A DNA stretch of 63,765 nt, counting the filler. It is 9 parts of 9 records of this genome, joined end to end, with 100 filler letters (N's around TTAATTAATTAA, not from the genome) between each part and the next. Parts side by side here need not be neighbours in the genome. Positions count along the whole stretch, not along the records: positions 51,830 to 58,285 come from SRR31156797_72508; positions 58,386 to 63,765 come from SRR31156797_72937; 7 more parts are not named here. One strand, written 5' to 3'. Every line of letters starts with the position of its first letter. Within the stretch, counting starts at the first letter, position 1. A program made the translations under genes and the position numbers. Positions 56,661 through 63,765 of this stretch are shown piece by piece. The notes under the pieces were generated by a model. It was not told where the DNA came from, did no database searches, and saw only the letters and a program-made list of their open reading frames with translations.

Positions 56661-57838
56661 AAATTTGCCACCACCGGTCTTTTAGGTTCATCATATGGGT
56701 TCTTTATCTTATAAATTGAATCTGTCATCATTTCATACTCTACAACTTTTCGTTGCTCAGCTGTAAAATCAGCGCTAATATTTTTAAAAGTTGTTACCAT
56801 AGGAACTTCCATCTCTTTTTTAATTTTACTCATGTACTCTCTGCCTTTTTTATTAAAAGCCAGAACTCTGATATAACTTAACTCTTTTCTCATCTCTTCC
56901 ACAAACTCTTTTTTGGTATTCAATAATATATGCGTCAATACTCTTTTTACCCTTGCATTGGTATATCGTTTCGTTAGAAGCATATTATAAAATTCACTAA
57001 AGTCTTTTGATTTTATACACGCTTCATGGAGTCTGTTTTCAAATCCTACTTCAATATCTTGGATATTCAACAGTTCATCTTTATTTGTTAATATTCTATA
57101 TTTTATTAAGTCGTAATATTTACCAAGAGATATTATTCTGTTCTCATCCATCTCTTGTTTAATCAACTTATAACTCTCTACAGGAACCGATTTTTCTATA
57201 TTACTAATCTCATTATTTATTATATAATTTCTAATATTTGTAGCAGATGTTATATTCTCTACTATCTCTTCTGAATAAAATCCTGCTTTCTCTCTTTTAA
57301 TAGTTTTGAACTTAATTTGATAATCTTTTTTTAATGCAGCTTTGATATATTCCAATCCCAATATATTGTTGGGTGATAGGAGATTTTTTTCTCCTGTAAT
57401 CTCAGTCAATACTTTATTTGCTGCATTTGGATATGATATTCCCTGTTTCATCTCTTTTTTAATTTTATTATTAAATTCATCACTTAGCTGAAGTTTAGCT
57501 ATCTCCTTAAGCTTGTTAATATCGCCTGATTCAGAGCCGAATGCTATGTCACTTGCTTTCATATGTTCAAGTATCATTACAGCTCCCTCAGCAAATATCT
57601 CCGCACTTTGATTTGAGTAAAATGTAGGCAACTCAATCACCAGATCAACTCCGTTGTTCAGGGCCATCTCTGCTCTTTTCCATTTATTAATAACTGCAGG
57701 TTCACCTCTCTGTAGAAAGTTACCACTCATAACAGCTATACTCACATCAGCATCTGTTTTTTGCATAGATTTCTGTAAATGCAGTTTATGTCCGTTATGA
57801 AATGGGTTGTATTCAACGATTAATCCTGTTGCTTTCAT
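56657..57838 (-). CDS. tmcAL: tRNA(Met) cytidine acetate ligase (HIGH nucleotidyltransferase)
   Basis: VEYNPFHNGH, MSGNFLQRGEP, FGSESG, PNNILGLEY and SATNIR. Confidence 0.92.
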   Translation of the reverse strand: MKATGLIVEYNPFHNGHKLHLQKSMQKTDADVSIAVMSGNFLQRGEPAVINKWKRAEMALNNGVDLVIELPTFYSNQSAEIFAEGAVMILEHMKASDIAFGSESGDINKLKEIAKLQLSDEFNNKIKKEMKQGISYPNAANKVLTEITGEKNLLSPNNILGLEYIKAALKKDYQIKFKTIKREKAGFYSEEIVENITSATNIRNYIINNEISNIEKSVPVESYKLIKQEMDENRIISLGKYYDLIKYRILTNKDELLNIQDIEVGFENRLHEACIKSKDFSEFYNMLLTKRYTNARVKRVLTHILLNTKKEFVEEMRKELSYIRVLAFNKKGREYMSKIKKEMEVPMVTTFKNISADFTAEQRKVVEYEMMTDSIYKIKNPYDEPKRPVVANL

Positions 57839-58285
57839 AAATGTATCCTCTTTCTTTATCCAAAATTCTTTCCTTGTAAGTCATATTCACAACTATGCTA
57901 GTCTACATTATAACACTCAAGTTTTATATTTTCAAATTGAAAATACAGAAAAATATTTTGGCAGCTAATTCATTGCAAAAATATTTTTTTATTTTGTTCT
58001 TGAATTAATTATGCTCATAGTATATAATACTAACTAGTATTATATCAAACTTAACACTGTTCACATATACTTAAATAAATTTTTAGAAAAAGAACCAATT
58101 TGATTTTAAAAAATATATACTTAGAAAAACAATTTAGAATATTTTCATTATTTTTCTTAACAAAGTTGCAAAGAGGGATTTTTTTAAGCAATTCAAAACA
58201 GAAGCGTTTTTGAATTAAAAAATCACACTGAAGCACTGCAAGAGTATTTTTTAGCTCAAAATCAAAAAGATTCAATTTGATTTTA

Positions 58286-58385
58286 NNNNNNNNNNNNNNN
58301 NNNNNNNNNNNNNNNNNNNNNNNNNNNNNTTAATTAATTAANNNNNNNNNNNNNNNNNNNNNNNNNNNNNNNNNNNNNNNNNNNN
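58286..58385. other. Artificial contig spacer
   Basis: N44-TTAATTAATTAA-N44. Confidence 0.99.
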
Positions 58386-58925
58386 GATAAACCCGGCGGT
58401 CACAAGGCCGATGGCGGTGTCCTTGAGTGCCTGGGGCACCGTGTTTAAAATGATCCGCTCCCGGACCCCCGCAAACAGGATCAGGGCAAGAGCGAATCCT
58501 GCCCCCATGAAGGTTGCGTTGATCAGGGCCGTTACAAAAGCATACTCCTCGTTGATGTTCATGAGGCAGGCCCCCATCACGGCACAGTTGGTGGTGATAA
58601 GGGGCAGGAAAATCCCCAGTCCCGCATAGAGGGAGGGCACGCTCTTTTTCATGAACATCTCCACGAACTGCACAAGGGACGCGATGATCAGGATGAACAC
58701 CAGGGTCCTCAGGAACTCGATGTTGCAGGGCTTGAGCAGGAAATGGTCCGCGATCCAGGTGGCGGCGGCGGCCATGACCAGGACGAATATCACCGCCATG
58801 GACATGCCCAGGGCCGTGTCCATGGATTTGGAGGTGCCAAGATAGGGACAGCTGCCCAGGCCCTGGGCAAGGAGAATATTGTTTACAAAGATGGCGCTGA
58901 CCGCCATCACGATATATGTTTCCAT
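58386..58925 (-). CDS. rnfA: Rnf complex subunit A (3' truncated)
   Basis: FVNNILL..LGSCPYLG and GIFLPLITTNCAVMG. Confidence 0.93.
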
Positions 58926-58979
58926 CTTTATCTTCTCTTTCCGGTTTTCCGTTATTCCGGTTTTTCGGTCTTTCGGGAT

Positions 58980-59576
58980 CTATTTTTTCACAGGCACAAG
59001 GTTCATGAACGCCAGGAGCAGTCCCAGGGTCACAAACGCCCCCGGCGCCTTGACCATGACCCCAAAGGGCACGAAAGCGTCTCCGAACACCTGCATCCCC
59101 AGGAAGGTCCCGTTCCCCAGCACTTCCCGGAACGCCCCGATGAGGGAGAGGGAAAGGGTGAATCCAAGCCCCATGCCCAGGCCGTCCGCCAGGGACAAAA
59201 GCACGGGATTCTTGCTGGCAAAGGCTTCCGCCCGGCCCAGCACCACGCAGTTCACGACGATCAGGGGAATGAAGATCCCAAGCTTGAGATACAGGGGATA
59301 GACATAGGCCTGCATGATGAATTCCACCATGGTCACAAAAGTGGCGATGATGATGATGAAACAGGCAATCCTGATCTTCGGTGGGATCACGTTCCGGAGA
59401 AGGGAAACCAGGAAATTGGAGCCCGCCAGCACAAAGGTGGTGGCAAGGCCCATGCCGATTCCGTTTTCCACGGTCATGGTTACCGCAAGGACCGGGCACA
59501 GGCCCAGCACCAGGCGGAAGGGAGGAATCTCACGCCACAGCCCCTTGGCGAACTCCCCGGCGATTGACTTACTCAT
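58980..59576 (-). CDS. rnfE: Rnf complex subunit E
   Basis: LGLCPVLAVT and FIPLIVVNCVVLGRAE. Confidence 0.94.
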   Translation of the reverse strand: MSKSIAGEFAKGLWREIPPFRLVLGLCPVLAVTMTVENGIGMGLATTFVLAGSNFLVSLLRNVIPPKIRIACFIIIIATFVTMVEFIMQAYVYPLYLKLGIFIPLIVVNCVVLGRAEAFASKNPVLLSLADGLGMGLGFTLSLSLIGAFREVLGNGTFLGMQVFGDAFVPFGVMVKAPGAFVTLGLLLAFMNLVPVKK

Positions 59577-60171
59577 GGCTTTCCTCCTTTGCTTCCATCT
59601 TTGTTGCGAGAAGTTTCTCTTTCAACTCCCCGTAGATCTTCCCGGCCTCGTTAGCGGCCCCGCACACGGCACGGGAGGTGATGGTGGCGCCGGAGATGGC
59701 GTCCACGTCGCCGCCGTCGTTACGAACCTTGAAATCGCTCTCCACCGGCTCTCCTTTGAACTGGTCCACAAAATCGGGGGACTCCTTGGCCTTGGAGCCG
59801 ATGCCCGGTGTTTCGCTGTGGGTGGTCACCCCCATGCCGATGATCCGGCCGGAGGAGAGGGAAAGCCCCACCATCACGCCCACATCCCCGGAATACCCTT
59901 TTCCAAAGGTTTCAAAGGCCGCCATGGGCTCGCCGTCGATCTCGCCGGGAAATACGGTGAGCTTCCCGCCCCGGTAATCCACCTTGAAACGCCGGTCCAT
60001 GGGATCCACCTCTGACCCGTCCATGATATGTCTCACCACGGGCTCCTTCTGGAACTTAAGCTGCTGATATTCGATCTTCTCCATGGTCACGACCCGGATA
60101 CCCGCCAGGATGCCCGCGGAGGACCCCGACAGCAGGGTCAGGACCACAACCATCTGAATTATATTTTTCAT
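59569..60171 (-). CDS. rnfG: Rnf complex subunit G
   Basis: GYSG, HSETPGIG and the FMN attachment motif DAISGATITS. Confidence 0.93.
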   Translation of the reverse strand: MKNIIQMVVVLTLLSGSSAGILAGIRVVTMEKIEYQQLKFQKEPVVRHIMDGSEVDPMDRRFKVDYRGGKLTVFPGEIDGEPMAAFETFGKGYSGDVGVMVGLSLSSGRIIGMGVTTHSETPGIGSKAKESPDFVDQFKGEPVESDFKVRNDGGDVDAISGATITSRAVCGAANEAGKIYGELKEKLLATKMEAKEESHE

Positions 60172-60179
60172 TTTACTCC

Positions 60180-61124
60180 TTACGCCCCCAACGCTTTCGG
60201 CCTGATACGGTCCAGGAGGGGACTTGCCAGGTTCATGATCAGCACCGCGAAGATCACCCCGTCCACATACACGCCCCGGTTCCTGATCAGCACGGTGAGA
60301 ACGCCGCCGCCCAGTCCGTACAGAAGCATGGCAAGGGTGTTCACCGGGGAGGAGGAATCCTCCGTGGCCAGGAAAAACGCACCGAACAAGGTGTATCCGG
60401 TGAATAGATGGAACATGGGACCGGCATAGGCCCCGGGGGATGCCAGCTGGAACAGGAAGGCCGTCACGGCCACCCCGGCCAGGAATGAAAGGCTGATGGC
60501 CCAATGGATGATGCCCCGGACCATGAGCAGGAGACCGCCGGCCACAAGGCCGATGCCGCACACCGTACCGATACCGCCCGCCTGCCTGCCCGTTAAAAGA
60601 TCGGCCAGGGCATAGTTCTCGGCCAGATCCGAACCGAAATATTTCACCAGGGCCAGGGGCGCCATCAGGTCAAAATCCGCAACCATGTTCCGGTAGGCCA
60701 TGTCGAAATCCAGGTAATCCGGCCAGGAAACCAGCAGGACCGCCATGCCCAGGGCCACGGGACAGAAGGGATTTCCCCCCATGCCGCCGTAGATCATCTT
60801 GCCTAGGATCACACAGAGGAAGGTGCCGGTAAGGACCACCCACCAGGGGGTGGTGGCCGGAAGCACCATGGCCGTAAGCAATCCGATCAGGGCCGAATTA
60901 TAGTCCGTCACCGTGTTCCGCCTGCCGGTGACGTAGCAGAACAGAAACTCCCATCCCATGGCCGTGGCCACGGAAAAAGCGGTCACGGCAAGGGCCGGCA
61001 TCCCGTAAATCATGATTCCGGGGACAAGGGCCAAAAGGGCCGCACCAATGATCCACAGACTCCGCTGGGGAATGGTGCAGGCACTGCGATAAAACGGGGC
61101 GTGGGTTACGCGTAATCGGGTCAT
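60180..61124 (-). CDS. rnfD: Rnf complex subunit D (lacks the canonical flavinylation motif)
   Basis: GKMIYGGMGGNPF, GAFFLAT and FAVLIMN. Confidence 0.9.
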   Translation of the reverse strand: MTRLRVTHAPFYRSACTIPQRSLWIIGAALLALVPGIMIYGMPALAVTAFSVATAMGWEFLFCYVTGRRNTVTDYNSALIGLLTAMVLPATTPWWVVLTGTFLCVILGKMIYGGMGGNPFCPVALGMAVLLVSWPDYLDFDMAYRNMVADFDLMAPLALVKYFGSDLAENYALADLLTGRQAGGIGTVCGIGLVAGGLLLMVRGIIHWAISLSFLAGVAVTAFLFQLASPGAYAGPMFHLFTGYTLFGAFFLATEDSSSPVNTLAMLLYGLGGGVLTVLIRNRGVYVDGVIFAVLIMNLASPLLDRIRPKALGA

Positions 61125-62425
61125 CGGACGCCTCCTTCATCAATAAGTTCCTGTTTCATGGCTCTCAGTTTCATTTTTCCAAGTTTGATGCGCTGGAGAA
61201 TGGGAATCTTGGACACGCAGATATGGGTGCACAGTCCGCACTCCAGGCAGGATTCCAGGTTGAAATGATCGCTTGCCTGGACGTAGTTTCCCTTGGTGAG
61301 ATGGCGCACCAGCAGGTTCACCGGAATGGATGCCGGACAGACCCGAACGCATTTTCCACAGTTGATGCAGCCGTAATCGCTGTTTTCGAGGATATCTTCC
61401 CCGGCAGACACCAGAATCGCGTCCATGTAAGGGGACACGGTATAGTCCGGGTCGTGGATCGCAACACCCGTCAAGGGACCGCCGGCGATCAGGTAATCAC
61501 CATCCGCCAATTTTTCATTGAAAAGTGACAGAATATGGCTGATGGGGGTTCCAATGCGCACCTTCACGAGAATAGTGGTACCGCTTTTCAGGACCACGCT
61601 GAGGGTCTTATCGAAAATCCCCTGCTCTTTTACGGGAATTCTTCCCATGGCCGCGGCCGTTTCCGCGGAAACAAAGGCCAGGCCCTCCCGGGTGAGGGGG
61701 GTGGCTGCGGGGACGGCACGCCCCAGGATCTTTTTGGCAATGAGCCGGGGGGATCCGGATGGATACCGCCCGGAGACAGAGAACACCCTGTCGCCCAGCC
61801 CCCTGGCGCAACCAGTCAGGGCCTCCGGAACCGCCACAGTGACTTTTTCCGCCCCGGACAGTTTCTTCAGCAACCCTATGCCGGAGACGATCCGCGCCCT
61901 GTCGTGCTTCATGGCATACTGGTTGGAGATAACCGAAAGATCCTTTTCCCCGCCGCAGATCACAAGTTCATGGATGGCGGGAAGATCCCCCTTCAGGGGA
62001 AGCAGCCGCAAACGCCCGGGAAGCTGGGAAATGAATTTATGGGAGGACTCCCGGTCCATATTTTCCGGCTCAAAAAGGGAATCGTCCAGCACCTCCTCTT
62101 CCCCGGGCGCAATGGTCACCCGGACCAGTTTTCGTCCCAGGGGCCCGGTGTAAAGCCCCACCCCGGTCACGGTGCCCGTGACGGTGGAGAGAAGAAAGAG
62201 ATCGCCCTGTTCAAACAGCCTGAGCCGCTCGCCGGTCCTGACCTGAACGCCCTTTTTAAGGAGCGTTTTCTTCTTTGCCACAAGCCCGGCCTGGACCGGG
62301 GTGCACCCGGCCAGCAAACTCACCTCTTCAGGCAGGGGAATCCGGACCGGCTCGGCCTGGGATTCATCCAGCCGGGTATAGTTAAGGCGCAAGGCCGAAT
62401 AACCAAAAAACAAATTATTTATCAT
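61121..62425 (-). CDS. rnfC: Rnf complex subunit C, divergent
   Basis: RYPSG, VRIGTP, GGPLTG and two 4Fe-4S motifs (CINCGKCVRVCP, CLECGLCTHIC). Confidence 0.88.
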   Translation of the reverse strand: MINNLFFGYSALRLNYTRLDESQAEPVRIPLPEEVSLLAGCTPVQAGLVAKKKTLLKKGVQVRTGERLRLFEQGDLFLLSTVTGTVTGVGLYTGPLGRKLVRVTIAPGEEEVLDDSLFEPENMDRESSHKFISQLPGRLRLLPLKGDLPAIHELVICGGEKDLSVISNQYAMKHDRARIVSGIGLLKKLSGAEKVTVAVPEALTGCARGLGDRVFSVSGRYPSGSPRLIAKKILGRAVPAATPLTREGLAFVSAETAAAMGRIPVKEQGIFDKTLSVVLKSGTTILVKVRIGTPISHILSLFNEKLADGDYLIAGGPLTGVAIHDPDYTVSPYMDAILVSAGEDILENSDYGCINCGKCVRVCPASIPVNLLVRHLTKGNYVQASDHFNLESCLECGLCTHICVSKIPILQRIKLGKMKLRAMKQELIDEGGVR

Positions 62426-62444
62426 CTTTTCCGCAACTCCCCTC

Positions 62445-62819
62445 TTATCTTGAACGATGGCACTCGGCACACGCCACGGGCCCCGCGCCTTCATCCTCGT
62501 GGCACTGGATACACTGGGAGTGCAGGGCATCGGTCATGCCGGGGAGATCTTCGTCACCATCATCCCCGTGACATTGACGACAATCGTAAACATCATCCTC
62601 TTCGATATTGTGATGGCAGCTCAGGCAGTCCTGCCCATAGCCATCGTCCGATGCGTGAACATCGTGGGTAAACACCACGTTTCCGGCGCTGCCCTTGTAT
62701 ACGATTCGAACCGGTTCCTCAGGTTCCGCCATGGGGAACGCGGCATAGGCGATTCCCCCAACGGCAAGCAGCACAATTATAATCCTGAGAGCCGTACTGA
62801 GCTCCTTTGGTGAAGACAT
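62445..62819 (-). CDS. Tetraheme cytochrome c3-family protein
   Basis: N-terminal signal/TM, VFTHDVH, and four CxxCH motifs (CLSCH, CRQCH, CIQCH, CAECH). Confidence 0.9.
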   Translation of the reverse strand: MSSPKELSTALRIIIVLLAVGGIAYAAFPMAEPEEPVRIVYKGSAGNVVFTHDVHASDDGYGQDCLSCHHNIEEDDVYDCRQCHGDDGDEDLPGMTDALHSQCIQCHEDEGAGPVACAECHRSR

Positions 62820-62962
62820 CTTTTTCTAAAGCTTCCTTTTCAAAAATATTGTGTTTTTCTCCATCACCTTCCGGTCAACCCCAAAACCGCGTTGACGGAA
62901 GGTTGGTCCTGCCTGCAAACAAAACTGAAATGAAGATACGGTGCTTTTTTTCCGGGACATCT

Positions 62963-62978
62963 TACAACTTCCATGCCA
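62963..62978 (-). promoter_or_regulatory. Possible sigma54 promoter for cytochrome-rnfCDGEA
   Basis: TGGCATGGAAGTTGTA has correct -24/-12 spacing, but GT replaces GC at -12. Confidence 0.35.
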
Positions 62979-63261
62979 CCTCACAATAAAATCCGCAAAA
63001 TCAAAGCCGGACAAGGCTTTCGACCGGCATCCCTTGTCATCGAACGTCTGAAGTACCACCCCTGTCTGTCCTGAAAAAAAGACCCACAAAAGTGATTTTC
63101 CGGAAAACCGGACTCAGGCAAAAAAAATCGTAACCACAATGCGATCTTCATTTTTTTCTATTGACGAACCACGCCTCTTTTATGTATACAGACAGGCCTG
63201 CAAGCAAAACCATTTGAACATACCGGAACCGCTTTTAAAAAAACGACGAACCAAATTTTTT

Positions 63262-63319
63262 AACCGAAAAATAAGAGCAATCTTTTTTTTAACCGAAAAA
63301 TAAGAACGATCTTTTTTTT
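63262..63319 (+). repeat. 2 x 29-bp tandem repeat upstream of rnfB
   Basis: AACCGAAAAATAAGAGCAATCTTTTTTTT / AACCGAAAAATAAGAACGATCTTTTTTTT, 27/29 identical. Confidence 0.85.
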
Positions 63320-63339
63320 GATTGAAGAGGTAAATTACA

Positions 63340-63765
63340 ATGATAGCAAGTATCATCATCCCCATTTTGCTCGTGGGTATCCTTGGTGCCGGAATCGCCG
63401 TCTTTCTTGCCATGGCCGACAAGAAACTCGCCGTACCCACAGACCCCCTTGTTGAGGAAGTAACGTCCGTTCTCCCCATGGGCAACTGCGGCAACTGCGG
63501 TTTTGCAGGCTGTACCCAGTTTGCGGAAAAAGTGGTCAATGATCCGCAGGTGTCGCCCTCCCTGTGCACGCCCGGAGGAACGGAATGTGCCGAACAGATC
63601 GCCCGGATCACCGGGAAAGAGCCGGGAACCGTTGAAGTCAAGAAAGCGGCAGCCCGGTGCAGCGGATGCACGGATAAAAACTGCACCGCCAAGTATATCT
63701 ACAGCGGACTGACGGATTGCGATGCCGCGGCCAGGATGTTTGCCGGAGAAAAAAGCTGTGAATAC
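63340..63765 (+). CDS. rnfB: Rnf complex subunit B (runs off the window; missing from the ORF track)
   Basis: Manual translation gives MIASIIIPILLVGILG...DPLVEEVTSVLPMGNCGNCGFAGC...CTPGG...YSGLTDC...GEKSC. Confidence 0.9.
   Translation, partial: MIASIIIPILLVGILGAGIAVFLAMADKKLAVPTDPLVEEVTSVLPMGNCGNCGFAGCTQFAEKVVNDPQVSPSLCTPGGTECAEQIARITGKEPGTVEVKKAAARCSGCTDKNCTAKYIYSGLTDCDAAARMFAGEKSCEY

Noticed and set aside
58165-58245. GCAAAGAGG...ACACTGAAG resembling a glycine riboswitch or T-box
   Set aside because: The required 3' aptamer motif and the T-box sequence are absent.
58051-58275. 74-aa ORF in the AT-rich contig end
   Set aside because: Low complexity, no motif, and it overlaps hairpins; probably non-coding.
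63262-63319. 29-bp repeats as a CRISPR array
   Set aside because: Only two abutting units, no spacers and no cas genes.

Overview
This window is not one locus. It is nine contigs joined by artificial 100-bp spacers (44 N + TTAATTAATTAA + 44 N), so neighbourhood across a spacer is meaningless. Composition and gene style suggest at least four or five organisms; the taxonomy below is inferred by eye. Contigs 1-4 and 7 (1-6702, 6803-12333, 12434-22825, 22926-31368, 42768-51729) are GC-rich and Spirochaetales-like. They carry a pantothenate ECF transporter-coaX operon behind a pan-type RNA hairpin, an anaerobic sulfatase maturase, a split metH, a YesM/YesN sugar-sensing locus with three binding proteins, radical SAM genes, an FHA-GGDEF cyclase, TPP riboswitch-thiBPQ, a BCCT transporter coupled to a catalytically dead trypsin-like protein, xanthine dehydrogenase-family subunits and a TRAP sugar-acid cluster. 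Contig 5 (31469-36641) is lower GC and accessory-like: two tandem STAND-type NTPases (one GAF-fused, one membrane-anchored with a degenerate Walker B), then an HUH/Y1 (RAYT-type) transposase bracketed by perfect 24-bp inverted repeats, then a tautomerase. Contig 6 (36742-42667) is alphaproteobacterial (mlaC/hpnM-like, mlaA, rpoH, Gld-type ABC). Contig 8 (51830-58285) is very AT-rich, possibly Fusobacteriota (HAD hydrolase, HTH-TPR regulator, MFS, hydrolase, tmcAL). Contig 9 (58386-63765) is a Desulfobacterales-like cytochrome c3-rnfCDGEA operon with a divergent rnfB. The best leads are the BCCT/pseudoprotease pair with an apparent ATC start codon, the paired STAND NTPases, the inverted-repeat-bounded HUH element, and the pan leader with an overlapping uORF. 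No CRISPR array, rRNA or tRNA was seen.
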